Source: Candidatus Nomurabacteria bacterium
GTDB lineage: Bacteria > Patescibacteriota > Minisyncoccia > Phycocordibacterales > UBA9973
Direction of reading: 5' to 3'
DNA length: 64,000 bases
Assembly: GCA_943356675.1 (NCBI GenBank)
Contig: CALRFQ010000001.1
Span: 4,147 to 68,146 of the forward strand
In this document: piece after piece, positions 21,572 through 31,317 of the stretch
Layout: the number at the start of each line of letters is the position of its first letter
Position numbering within the stretch: position 1 is the stretch's first letter
Notes under the pieces: model-generated
What the model was told of the DNA's origin: nothing
The model's input: only the letters and a program-made list of their open reading frames with translations
The model's database searches: none
Position numbers and translations under genes: made by a program

Positions 21572-22448
21572 CTAGTTTGTAAAATGTTTTAAGTTCTAGG
21601 AGTGCGACTTCTGTTTGCTTATCTTTAGCGACTTTATCTGTCGGTCCAGATCCTGGAGGATTCCCATGCCAACGATAATCGTATTCAAATGGTGTGACAC
21701 CTTTACTTGCGATTGTGCGTGCAATGATACATGAAGGCTTGTCTGGAATAGCTTTTGCGCGGTTTATTGCATTGTTTATATCTTCTACATTGTGCCCATC
21801 TATTTCTTCTGCATGCCAGCCGAATTCCTCATACTTCTTCGCCATGTCACCAAGGGGGAGTACGTCTTCAGTATTTCCATCAATCTGGATATGGTTGCGG
21901 TCAACTATAGCAATTAAGTTTCCTAATTTTTCTTTACCAGCGAGGAGAACTGCTTCCCATATATTGCCTTCATCATGCTCACCGTCTCCCATCACGCAGT
22001 AGAAGAACTTGCCAGAATTTCTGCCATGATCCATATTCTCAGCGATAGCCATACCGACTGCTTGTGAGAGTCCAGAACCAAGTGGCCCTGAAGAAGTCTC
22101 TACCATTGGTAGGAATTCGCGGTGAGGGTGGCCTTGTAGTCTTGATCCTAATTTTCTGAGAGTTAATAGTTCTTCAACAGGAAAATATCCAGAGTGCGCC
22201 ATTGCAGCATACATAACAGGGCAAATGTGGCCTGCGGAAAGTATAAAGCGATCACGACCCTCCCAGAAAGGCTCCGATGGATTGTGATTTAATTGATGAA
22301 AATAAAGCACAGCAAATACATCTGCCATATCAAGCGGTCCGGCAGTGTGGCCACTCTTCGCCTCTGTAAGCATTTCAATGATACTGATGCGGATTTTTGT
22401 CGCTAGTAATTTGAGTGTTTTGATTTTTTCGTCTGTAAGATTTTCCAT
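21555..22448 (-). CDS. Transketolase, N-terminal (TPP-binding) subunit
   Basis: SGHTAG, DRFILSAGH, LQGHP, GDGEHDEG. Confidence 0.95.
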   Translation of the reverse strand: MENLTDEKIKTLKLLATKIRISIIEMLTEAKSGHTAGPLDMADVFAVLYFHQLNHNPSEPFWEGRDRFILSAGHICPVMYAAMAHSGYFPVEELLTLRKLGSRLQGHPHREFLPMVETSSGPLGSGLSQAVGMAIAENMDHGRNSGKFFYCVMGDGEHDEGNIWEAVLLAGKEKLGNLIAIVDRNHIQIDGNTEDVLPLGDMAKKYEEFGWHAEEIDGHNVEDINNAINRAKAIPDKPSCIIARTIASKGVTPFEYDYRWHGNPPGSGPTDKVAKDKQTEVALLELKTFYKLVEEGK

Positions 22449-22555
22449 CCCGTTAGAAGCAGATCGCGATCACTCGCTTCTTACTTGTTAAGTTATTAAT
22501 ATTTATTATATTTGTTTTCATGTTGTTTAATTTCGCGATCGCGGCTTCTAACGGG
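22449..22555. mobile_element. 107-bp start-codon-abutting inverted-repeat element, copy 1
   Basis: at-CCCGTTAGAAGC...GCTTCTAACGGG-at; abuts the transketolase ATG; supplies the rpe stop codon. Confidence 0.85.
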
Positions 22556-23264
22556 ATAAATTTTGAAATTCGTGATAAGTTTCGACGATATCCTCACTTT
22601 TTAATAATGCGCTTCCGACTACGAGTTTCGATACTCCACTCTCTACTAATCTCGGGGCGGTCTCGGTGTTTACACTACCATCGACTGCTATAACTAAATC
22701 CGGATAATGTTCTTTAAGGTATGATATGTGCTGGAAAACTCTTTCATCAAATGGCTGACCTTGCACTCCAATCTTTGGTATTCCCATACATTGCACATAG
22801 TCTAAGTAAGGTAAGAGCGGTGCAAGTGTACTTATAGGTGTTGTTGTATTTATTGCTACTCCTATTTGTACTGTGTCGCGAATATATGGGTCAATGGCTT
22901 CTAGAAATTCCTTGAATTCTTCCAAATTATTTTCTTCTTCAATCTGAAATACTACACTTTTAGGTCCGAGTTTCAAGAATGTACTAAAGAATTTACTACC
23001 ATCCTTTACCATGAAGTGGAATTCGTAGTCAATTTCTTCCCAAAAAGGCATTCCCTCTTCTTCATTCAAAATTTTAAGGAAATTGTAGTCAGTTATGTTG
23101 CCTTCAGTATCAACTCCACTTGCGTAGGGCCAAGTTTTAGACGGGACGAATATACCATCACAAAAATCAATTTGTACCATCTTAGCTAATCCGAGAACAC
23201 TCTCCACATGGTCCTTCATTTCACCATAAGTCTTATCTAAGATTGCAGGTATTACATCAGTCAT
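22548..23264 (-). CDS. rpe: Ribulose-phosphate 3-epimerase (divergent)
   Basis: QIDFCDGIFVP, GVAINTTTP, MGIPKIGVQGQ, VDGSVN, VVGSAL. Confidence 0.88.
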   Translation of the reverse strand: MTDVIPAILDKTYGEMKDHVESVLGLAKMVQIDFCDGIFVPSKTWPYASGVDTEGNITDYNFLKILNEEEGMPFWEEIDYEFHFMVKDGSKFFSTFLKLGPKSVVFQIEEENNLEEFKEFLEAIDPYIRDTVQIGVAINTTTPISTLAPLLPYLDYVQCMGIPKIGVQGQPFDERVFQHISYLKEHYPDLVIAVDGSVNTETAPRLVESGVSKLVVGSALLKSEDIVETYHEFQNLSR

Positions 23265-23267
23265 ATA

Positions 23268-23762
23268 TTATTTATTATCTATTTTATTAATTCTTCTATC
23301 GTGTCTTTCTATATTTTTCCACTCTATACTTAAAAAAATCTTTATCGCTTCTTTCATTTCTTCTGTTGTTAGAAAGCGTGTACCAAAAGAAATTATATTT
23401 GCATTATTGTGCTCGCGAGCAAGCTTCACTATCTCGTACGGATCAGTCGACATATTGCCTTCAATGTCCACAGCACCTTTCGCGAGTACCCCTCCGTAAA
23501 AGACTGCTGCACGCACACCTGGCACTCTGTTTGCACTCATAGCCTCACCTTGGCCTGAGCCGCCAAATATAACACCGAAGCTACCCTCATCGCTAGCTAC
23601 TGCTTCCGCACAAGGGCGTATAAAGTCTGGATAATCATCTTCTTTATCAAAAAGAAAAGGCCCTCTATCTATTGGCTCGTATCCTAGAGATTTTATATAT
23701 ATCACTATTTCTTTTTTGAGTTCAAAACCTGTGTGGTCAGATGCTATATATACATTTTTCAT
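23268..23762 (-). CDS. rpiB: Ribose-5-phosphate isomerase B
   Basis: SDHTG, DDYPD, GGSGQGE, AREHNNAN, RHDRR. Confidence 0.95.
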   Translation of the reverse strand: MKNVYIASDHTGFELKKEIVIYIKSLGYEPIDRGPFLFDKEDDYPDFIRPCAEAVASDEGSFGVIFGGSGQGEAMSANRVPGVRAAVFYGGVLAKGAVDIEGNMSTDPYEIVKLAREHNNANIISFGTRFLTTEEMKEAIKIFLSIEWKNIERHDRRINKIDNK

Positions 23763-23824
23763 ATGAGTATTATAACCTGCTCATAATTTTTATACAATGG
23801 GAATATAATGCTTATATTTTATCT

Positions 23825-24517
23825 TTACTTATCCTTCTTGTAGTACCCAGTGGCGAATTCTCCGACAGGCTGAGGCCCATCGATAACATAATTGGCAACC
23901 ATAGTACCTTCTGGGGTGGTAAAATCAATTCGGAATTTTTGCTTACTATTATTATTAATTAAACTAATGTTAGGATATTCGTTATACTCCCATGACCCAG
24001 ATTCAACTATTTTATTTTCGTGTTGCATGGTGTAGGTTTTCTTCCCATCTTTATCCGTAAATTCGATATCTTGTCCGAGAATTTCACCATTAGTATTTTT
24101 GTCTATTGCTACCCATTTACCGAGCAGCCAATTCCCTACTAGTGCATCTGGCCTTTTTGTTGATGTGCTTACTTCACTTTTTGTGATCTGAAAAGTCTTA
24201 GCTTTTCCTCCAGCAACCTCGTATTCACTGTATTGGTACTTTTCACCAGTTTTTTTATCTACAGCATCATAATGCACCTCAGTCCCATCATACGAGTTCT
24301 CTCCATATGAAAAATTTGAAGAAATTTCAGAAGCCTTATCAATTATCAATTTATCTTTAAATTCTATGAAATCCTTTTCTGAAAGTATAAAATCATCAAT
24401 TTTATAAATGTAATTAATCATTTTTGTTATATTTTTTTTAGAATTATTTGAACGCTGAAACATTATTCCAGCAATGATAATTATAATGATAATAGAAAAT
24501 GCCACGATATTGTTCAT
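23825..24517 (-). CDS. Hypothetical membrane-anchored protein
   Basis: N-terminal TM; lipocalin-like LLGKW pattern in the second half. Confidence 0.7.
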   Translation of the reverse strand: MNNIVAFSIIIIIIIAGIMFQRSNNSKKNITKMINYIYKIDDFILSEKDFIEFKDKLIIDKASEISSNFSYGENSYDGTEVHYDAVDKKTGEKYQYSEYEVAGGKAKTFQITKSEVSTSTKRPDALVGNWLLGKWVAIDKNTNGEILGQDIEFTDKDGKKTYTMQHENKIVESGSWEYNEYPNISLINNNSKQKFRIDFTTPEGTMVANYVIDGPQPVGEFATGYYKKDK

Positions 24518-24532
24518 AAAATGATTATATCA

Positions 24533-25846
24533 TTAATCAAGCCCACTACCACTTTTAAACATTTTAGTAGTTGTCTTTGGAAGGTATAGTAATGGATCTA
24601 AGTATGCGTTTACTGGAGCGACTGGCATTATGAAGGTCTTACCAGAGCAACTTAGGCTTGGAAGTGTTTTTACACCAGCCCCTTGGCTTGCGTAAACGGT
24701 AACGTGTAGGTGCGGACCTGTCGAGTGGCCAGTGTTGCCAGAAAGGCCTACCACATCTCCTGTTTTTACTTTGTCCCCAGCTTTAGCTGAAATGGCTGAC
24801 AAATGTCCAAAAGTACTAGACAAACCATTGTTGTAATCAATATATACCCATTTCCCAAAAGATGCGCCCTTACAATATAAATCTGTGTCCCCAACGCCAA
24901 TAACTGTGCCACTCGCCATAGATTTCACTTCTGTACCCACTGGAGCTCTGAAATCCACACCACTATGACTACCTGATACATATAGCCTCTTGGATGCAGA
25001 AGTTTTACCAAATAGCTGAGTAATAAGCACATAATCAAGTGGCCAAGAAAGTACACCGCTCCCTGCAGTTGGAAGAAGCTTAGTATTTAAAATAAATTTT
25101 AATTGCGCCTCGTAATCACTAAGCTCTTTCTCGAAAGCATCTCTCTTCTTCTGCTGTTCAATCAATAATTTTTGATATTCACTTTCCTTGTTTTGTGTAT
25201 CTTTCAGTAATGTATCTTTTTCTTTCTTTACAACTTCCACGCTTTTCTTGTCGAGATCCAATTTATTTTTAAGTTTCGTCAAATTCTCTTTCTCAACTTT
25301 TTTTTGACCTAAGTTCTTCTCTAGATTTGTTTTTACATTACTGAGGTCATCAGACAAGCTTCTTGTGCTTGAGTTTATAGATGCACGAGCAATAATCTCA
25401 TCTGTTAGTGTGAGATTATCATTTGAAATTATGAATTCGGCAAAGGTTTTATCACCAGCCTGGTACATTCGATATATTGAAGATTTTAAAGCCTCCCTAA
25501 GTAGTACTATCTCTTTTTCTTTCTCAGTGATTGTATTGTCCAGAGATTTTATCACAGTGCCAGTGGCTTGAATTTTTTTACTCGTTTGCTCGACTTGTTT
25601 TAATAACTTACTTCTTGTAAGAGTAAGCTCAGCTATAGCGCTCTTCAGCGTTGTGCCAGTTTGATGGGTTTTATCTATCTGATCTTGGTATATCTTTATT
25701 TGAGCATTAATCTTTTCAATTTCTTTGTTTGTGTCCGCAATCTGCTGGCTTACTTCATCGGCACTTGGAAGACCGTATGCCACAGTTGGCATACAAATTG
25801 CAATTAGTATAAAGATTACTATTAAATTTAAGTATTTTTTTTGCAT
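24533..25846 (-). CDS. Coiled-coil M23 peptidase (EnvC-like architecture)
   Basis: Signal peptide, coiled coil, HSGVD (HxxxD) and STGPHLH (HxH). Confidence 0.92.
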   Translation of the reverse strand: MQKKYLNLIVIFILIAICMPTVAYGLPSADEVSQQIADTNKEIEKINAQIKIYQDQIDKTHQTGTTLKSAIAELTLTRSKLLKQVEQTSKKIQATGTVIKSLDNTITEKEKEIVLLREALKSSIYRMYQAGDKTFAEFIISNDNLTLTDEIIARASINSSTRSLSDDLSNVKTNLEKNLGQKKVEKENLTKLKNKLDLDKKSVEVVKKEKDTLLKDTQNKESEYQKLLIEQQKKRDAFEKELSDYEAQLKFILNTKLLPTAGSGVLSWPLDYVLITQLFGKTSASKRLYVSGSHSGVDFRAPVGTEVKSMASGTVIGVGDTDLYCKGASFGKWVYIDYNNGLSSTFGHLSAISAKAGDKVKTGDVVGLSGNTGHSTGPHLHVTVYASQGAGVKTLPSLSCSGKTFIMPVAPVNAYLDPLLYLPKTTTKMFKSGSGLD

Positions 25847-25851
25847 TAATA

Positions 25852-27333
25852 TTAATTTGTAAGTATCTCTATAGCTTTTTGAATACGCTTAATTGTTTCC
25901 TCTTTTCCAAATATCTCTGCGAGTAAGAATGGGTCTGGAGATTTATCTTTACCAGATAGACTATATCTGAGTGGCCAAAATACATCACCACGCCCAACTT
26001 CTTCTGCATAACTAGATAATTTTTCTTTAATATTATCTTTATTAAACTCCTTATTATCTATTTGAGATAAGATTTCAACTACGTGTGTTAAATATTCACT
26101 AAGCTTTTCATACTTACAATCCTCGGCTAATTTAGATGACTTGAAGCAAAGTGCATCCTTTATATATGACGGCTGAGTAAAGAAATATGACAGATTTCCT
26201 TCTTCTTCCATTTTTATAATATCCGCGCCACAAGTTATGTGCTCCATTATTACTGGAGTAATATTGTGAATTATTTCATTTGAGTAAGTTGGAAGTGATT
26301 TAATATTCTCTGATATGAATTTCTCTATATATTCCTCTTGCTGTTCATAAGACAATCTCTTTAAGTGCTCTTTGTTTATCCAGCCGAGCTTTTTCTCATC
26401 GAATCCTGCACCAGAGCGTTGAATACGGTCAATATCGAAGGATTCTATGATCTCTTCTACGCTCATAACTTCCCTTTCGTCACCAGGATTCCAACCAAGT
26501 AGTGCAAGGAAGTTAATCATAGCTTCTGGTAAGTATCCATCCTTTCTGTAGTCTAGTATATCCTTTGCACCGTCACGCTTACCTAGTTTCTTTTTGCCAC
26601 CTTCTGCCATTATGGATGGCAGAGTCACAAATTCGGGTGGTGTGGCACCAAATGCTTCGTAGACTGAGAGAAACTTCGGAGTAGAAGCTATGAATTCTTG
26701 GCCACGCATTATATGAGTGACTCCCATCTCCATGTCGTCTACGATGTGTGCGAAGTTGTATGTAGGATAACCATCACTTTTAATAAGAATGAAGTCATCA
26801 AGTGCTTCTTCACCTGCGGATAGATCGCCGTATACATGGTCAAACCAATCCCATCTTTTAATTGTAGGAACTTTAAAACGAAGTGGCTTTGTGCCATCCC
26901 AAGCCTCAGTTACTTCTGGGCGATGGTTACGATAAAGGAATGCTTCCTTCTTTTCATCAGCAAGCTTTCTGAATTCAGACACTTCCTCTTCTGTGTACGG
27001 ATCAGCATATGCAAAACCTTTGTCGATAAGTACTGCTGCGTACTCGCGATACTTCGCCAAACGCTCTGATTGTAAGTACGGCGCATTAGGACCTTCTTTG
27101 TGTGGACCTTCGTCGTAGTCAGCTCCAATCCATTCTAGTGATTCAATGATATGGTCAATAGAGCCAGATACTTCACGCTCCTTGTCTGTGTCCTCAATAC
27201 GAAGTATAAATGTACCCTTATTCTTTCTTGCCCATAGATATGAGAATAATGCAGTGCGAAGATTACCTACATGGATATATCCAGTAGGACTTGGTGCAAA
27301 TCTTGTTACAACTTTTTTGTCTTGATTATTCAT
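25852..27333 (-). CDS. gltX: Glutamate--tRNA ligase
   Basis: RFAPSPTGYIHVG, LRIEDTD, KKLGKRDG. Confidence 0.98.
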   Translation of the reverse strand: MNNQDKKVVTRFAPSPTGYIHVGNLRTALFSYLWARKNKGTFILRIEDTDKEREVSGSIDHIIESLEWIGADYDEGPHKEGPNAPYLQSERLAKYREYAAVLIDKGFAYADPYTEEEVSEFRKLADEKKEAFLYRNHRPEVTEAWDGTKPLRFKVPTIKRWDWFDHVYGDLSAGEEALDDFILIKSDGYPTYNFAHIVDDMEMGVTHIMRGQEFIASTPKFLSVYEAFGATPPEFVTLPSIMAEGGKKKLGKRDGAKDILDYRKDGYLPEAMINFLALLGWNPGDEREVMSVEEIIESFDIDRIQRSGAGFDEKKLGWINKEHLKRLSYEQQEEYIEKFISENIKSLPTYSNEIIHNITPVIMEHITCGADIIKMEEEGNLSYFFTQPSYIKDALCFKSSKLAEDCKYEKLSEYLTHVVEILSQIDNKEFNKDNIKEKLSSYAEEVGRGDVFWPLRYSLSGKDKSPDPFLLAEIFGKEETIKRIQKAIEILTN

Positions 27334-27334
27334 A

Positions 27335-28462
27335 TTATGATTCGTGGTCTAGGATTATATTAATGGCTTCCTGTGCGATTGCGTGTGCTGCGTTTGGAGT
27401 GGCAAACTGTAGAGCTTTCTCGTGCATATTACTCATCTTGTCTTTGTTTTCGAGGATGTTATTTATTTCAGCGAGTAGTAGGTGTGGTGTGAGATTGGAT
27501 TCCTCTATAACTTCACAAGCACCAACGCGAGCGTAGTTGAAAGCGTTCTTTCGCTGGTGATTACCATTAGAATTTGTAATTGGAATAATAATAGATGGTA
27601 TGCCCCATGCTGCAATTTCAAATATTGTAGATCCAGCACGAGAAATTACTAGCTTTGAAATGCCGTAAGCCATTCTAGTCTCTAAGTTATTTAAATATGA
27701 ATAAGGTCTGTATCGGTTTTTATGAGGATGCTTCTCGAGTATTAGATTTGAACGTATCGATACGTCTTCCATAAGTGTCGGACCTATCTGGTGAATTACT
27801 TGATATTTATCAAGTAATTCTGGAAGTATACGAAGTATTGTGTCATTTATCTTCTCAGCACCATGCGATCCACCCACAATGTAAATAATCGGAGTGATCG
27901 GATCAAATTTAAAAACATCATAAGCGCCGTCAGCGCCACCTTCTATAACTTCTCTTCGTACGGGCTGGCCTGTGAGAGCAACTTTATCTTTTGGGAAAAG
28001 TTCACCAGCTTCAGCATAAGATACTGCAATATGGTCTGCAAATTTAGATGCCCATAGATTCACTCTTCCTGGCGCAGAATCTGATTCGTGAATAATGAGT
28101 GGAATGTTTAAAATTCGTGCTGCGAAAACTGCAGGAAATGCAGCATAGCCACCTTTAGAAATAATTACATCTGGATAAATTGTGAAAACTTTAACTAAGC
28201 CTATAATAGCGCCAATACCCGCAGAAAACATATCAAAAAAGTTTTGAATTGAAGAGTAAGTTCGGATTTTTCCAGCTGGGACTCCGACGAATGTAATGCC
28301 ATTGTTAAATAATGCCTGCTTGTCGTACGGAGCGTCTGAAACATAATACATCTTAATGTCTAGTATTTTTTCCTTTGCTGTAATAGCATTTATCTCTTCA
28401 GCTATAGCAATAAGTGGGTAAAAATGCCCACCAGAACCACCCCCTGTAAGTACTATTCTCAT
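27335..28462 (-). CDS. murG: Undecaprenyl-PP-MurNAc-pentapeptide GlcNAc transferase
   Basis: GGGSGGH, KGGY, HESD, GGSHGA, SRAG, HQRKNA. Confidence 0.96.
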   Translation of the reverse strand: MRIVLTGGGSGGHFYPLIAIAEEINAITAKEKILDIKMYYVSDAPYDKQALFNNGITFVGVPAGKIRTYSSIQNFFDMFSAGIGAIIGLVKVFTIYPDVIISKGGYAAFPAVFAARILNIPLIIHESDSAPGRVNLWASKFADHIAVSYAEAGELFPKDKVALTGQPVRREVIEGGADGAYDVFKFDPITPIIYIVGGSHGAEKINDTILRILPELLDKYQVIHQIGPTLMEDVSIRSNLILEKHPHKNRYRPYSYLNNLETRMAYGISKLVISRAGSTIFEIAAWGIPSIIIPITNSNGNHQRKNAFNYARVGACEVIEESNLTPHLLLAEINNILENKDKMSNMHEKALQFATPNAAHAIAQEAINIILDHES

Positions 28463-28505
28463 ATAGTGCTTATTTTACACCATTTCAGCTTATTTTTCTA
28501 GTGGA

Positions 28506-29606
28506 TTACACTTTCTTTTGGGATTGGGACACATTTAAGATTATACCCATAGCGCCGAGAGCAATCATCAGCGACGTGCCTCCTTGCGAAATAAAAACTA
28601 GAGGCACTCCCGTCAAAGGAAATACACCGATGATTGATGCAATATTCATAAATGATTGCGTAATAAAAAGAGTTATAAATCCGACAACTAAAAGTTTAGA
28701 AAAAGAATCGGGAGAGTAATATGCAATTTTGTAACCTCTAAATGCATAAGAAATATATAAGAGAATAAGTGCTATGCATCCTACGAGTCCTAGCTCTTCA
28801 CCAATAACTGCGAATATAGAATCACCTTGAGGTTCTGGTAAGTAGTTGAATTTTTGTATGCTTTGCCCGAGGCCTCTACCAAATATTCCACCAGAGCCAA
28901 TCGCAATGAGAGATTGCTGAAGCTGATAAGAAGATCCGCTAGGGTCGTGACTTGGGTGCAGAAATGTATTCACTCGATCTCTTAGGTACGGAGTGACAGA
29001 TACAAGCATAGCAGCACCTACAAGGCAAACAGAAATCATAATAAAGATGTGCTTATAGGAAACTCCCGAGACAAATAGCATGGCAAAAGCAGAAACTGCC
29101 ATAAGGATCACACTTTTTGTGTCTGGTTGTTTAAGAAGTAACCCACCGATAAGTGCGATAAAGATTACAAGTGGTAGTATTCCCCATTTCATATCTCTGA
29201 CTTTAGTCTTGACCCATGATAGCCATGCAGCAAAATAAATTATAAATCCTACTTTAAGAAATTCAACAGGCTGAATCGAAACCCCAAAAATATTTATCCA
29301 TCTCCTAGCACCGCCGTGAGCAAAACCGATATGTGGCACGAACACAAGTGCAGTAAGCAGGAGTGATGCTATGAATATTATGAGTGAGTATTCTCTCCAG
29401 AACTTGTACGGAATGCGTGTGGCTAAATACATTGCTATAAAACCTCCAAGAAGGCCAAAAAGTAGCTGACTCATAAGTACTCCATAGAACTTCGCTTCAT
29501 TCTTTGCAAGTATGCCTAGAGATGCGGATACAAACATTACAATACCACCAAGTGTTAGTGCTAGAACTATACCTAGGAAAATTTTATCAACCTTTGTACT
29601 TTTCAT
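28506..29606 (-). CDS. ftsW: SEDS peptidoglycan polymerase FtsW
   Basis: GARRWI, QPVEFLK, QPD, LPEPQGDSIF, TGVPLVFISQGG; between mraY and murG. Confidence 0.93.
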   Translation of the reverse strand: MKSTKVDKIFLGIVLALTLGGIVMFVSASLGILAKNEAKFYGVLMSQLLFGLLGGFIAMYLATRIPYKFWREYSLIIFIASLLLTALVFVPHIGFAHGGARRWINIFGVSIQPVEFLKVGFIIYFAAWLSWVKTKVRDMKWGILPLVIFIALIGGLLLKQPDTKSVILMAVSAFAMLFVSGVSYKHIFIMISVCLVGAAMLVSVTPYLRDRVNTFLHPSHDPSGSSYQLQQSLIAIGSGGIFGRGLGQSIQKFNYLPEPQGDSIFAVIGEELGLVGCIALILLYISYAFRGYKIAYYSPDSFSKLLVVGFITLFITQSFMNIASIIGVFPLTGVPLVFISQGGTSLMIALGAMGIILNVSQSQKKV

Positions 29607-29607
29607 A

Positions 29608-30657
29608 TTAAAAAGATAGTGCGATTATTACACCAAGACTTGTGGTGATAATACTGACGACCCAGTAACGCATTGTTACTTTATATTTTGGCCATCCTAG
29701 AGCCTCGAAGTGATGATGCAGTGGTGCTACAAGGAAAACTTTCTTCCCATTACGAAACTTTCTTGAAAGCATTTGAATAATACTAGATAGTGATGTGATA
29801 AATAGTGGGAATGCAATTATTGGTAGTAGAAGTACTGTGTTTGTAAGGAATGCAATCACGGAAATAGTCACAGTAAGGCCAATCATTCCGGTCTCACCCA
29901 TATAGAATCTCGCAGGAGGAATATTGAACCATAGGAATGCGAGTATTCCTGAAGCCACAACTGCACAGAAAGCAGATAGGTCATACTGACCATTTCCAAA
30001 TGCAATCACAGCGTAACCCGCGAATATGGAAGCAAGCACTCCACCTGAGAGGCCGTCGATTCCGTCAATCACACTCGATGAGAATACAGCAAGCATAATG
30101 ATTATAAAAAATGGCAAGAATAAAATGCCAAGAGTGAAAAATCCAAATCCTGGCACAAACACATAATCAATTCCTAGTTTTGAGTAGAACCACCAACCGA
30201 TAATTATTCCGAGCGATACTATGATTCCAATTTTGAGCCAACGAAGGAACATTGGGTCATTTGAAAATCTTCCAGTTGCAAAAATTTGAATAAAATCATC
30301 ACCGAGCCCTATAAGCGATGCAATGATGAGAGTGAAAAATGGAAGTAAGGTTTCTTTACGAGAAATAAAGTTCAAATTATTCTCAACAGAGCTTCCCCAA
30401 AAAATACCTATAATCCAAATCAATAGTAGTGAAAAAATTACTGAAATCCAAACAATCATACCACCAACTCTAGGTGTATGAAGCTCACTATTCTCATCGT
30501 GAATAGCGTGGAATGCTGGCTGAGTGCCAGTACTAGCCCTCGATACTCTACGCCAGAGCTTGTATTTATAAAAGTAGTGTGTGAATACTGGTGTAAGAGA
30601 AATGCCAGACACGAAGCACAAAATAACCGGCACTAAAATTTTTATTGCATTACTCAT
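29608..30657 (-). CDS. mraY: Phospho-MurNAc-pentapeptide transferase
   Basis: TPRVGG, GLGDD, DGIDGL, NIPPARFYMGETG, APLHHHFE. Confidence 0.96.
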   Translation of the reverse strand: MSNAIKILVPVILCFVSGISLTPVFTHYFYKYKLWRRVSRASTGTQPAFHAIHDENSELHTPRVGGMIVWISVIFSLLLIWIIGIFWGSSVENNLNFISRKETLLPFFTLIIASLIGLGDDFIQIFATGRFSNDPMFLRWLKIGIIVSLGIIIGWWFYSKLGIDYVFVPGFGFFTLGILFLPFFIIIMLAVFSSSVIDGIDGLSGGVLASIFAGYAVIAFGNGQYDLSAFCAVVASGILAFLWFNIPPARFYMGETGMIGLTVTISVIAFLTNTVLLLPIIAFPLFITSLSSIIQMLSRKFRNGKKVFLVAPLHHHFEALGWPKYKVTMRYWVVSIITTSLGVIIALSF

Positions 30658-31210
30658 TGATATTATTTTCTTGATTTGTAATTGCTTTCTCGAGCTCTTC
30701 CACTACTTCTTTGTATTTAGGAAGCATGGTGATGTCGCTGACTCCCATAAATAGAAGTAAATCAATTGTAGGTGTGTATATAAATCTACGAGAGTCGGTA
30801 GCGTCTACCTTTTTATCAATTAATCCGCGTATGAGTAAGTTGCGGAGAATAAAACTAGAATTAACACCACGAATATAATCAATTTCATTTCTTGTTACTC
30901 CATTCTTATCAGGACCATTTTTATATAAAATAATTGAGAGTGTTTCAAGTGTTGCCTTCGATAATTCTTTAGTAATTTCATCTTTCCTCAATTTCTCAAG
31001 GAAAATACTTGCCTCTTTATTTGTGCCTAGAGTTACTTCGTTCTCAGTTTTAATTATTGTAAGACCCGTGCCTTCCTTCTTGGTACTAAGTGTATCAAGA
31101 GAAGCTACTACTTCTTCAATACTTACTTCCAAAATCTCTGCAATCTTTTTGATTGCAACTGGTTCACCTTTAAAGAAAAGTAATGCTTCAATTTTTGCGT
31201 CTAGTTCCAT
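30650..31210 (-). CDS. scpB: SMC-Scp complex subunit ScpB
   Basis: IEALLF, LSKATLETLSII, IDYIRGVNS. Confidence 0.95.
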   Translation of the reverse strand: MELDAKIEALLFFKGEPVAIKKIAEILEVSIEEVVASLDTLSTKKEGTGLTIIKTENEVTLGTNKEASIFLEKLRKDEITKELSKATLETLSIILYKNGPDKNGVTRNEIDYIRGVNSSFILRNLLIRGLIDKKVDATDSRRFIYTPTIDLLLFMGVSDITMLPKYKEVVEELEKAITNQENNINE

Positions 31211-31317
31211 CCCGTTAGAAGCAGATCGCGATCACTCGCTTCTTACTTATTAAACTATTAATTTTAATTTTATAAATTTTCATCATGTGTGTTTACGTGA
31301 TCGTGGCTTCTAATGGG
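31211..31317. mobile_element. 107-bp start-codon-abutting inverted-repeat element, copy 2
   Basis: First 38 bp identical to copy 1; abuts the scpB ATG; encodes the ScpA C-terminus. Confidence 0.85.
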
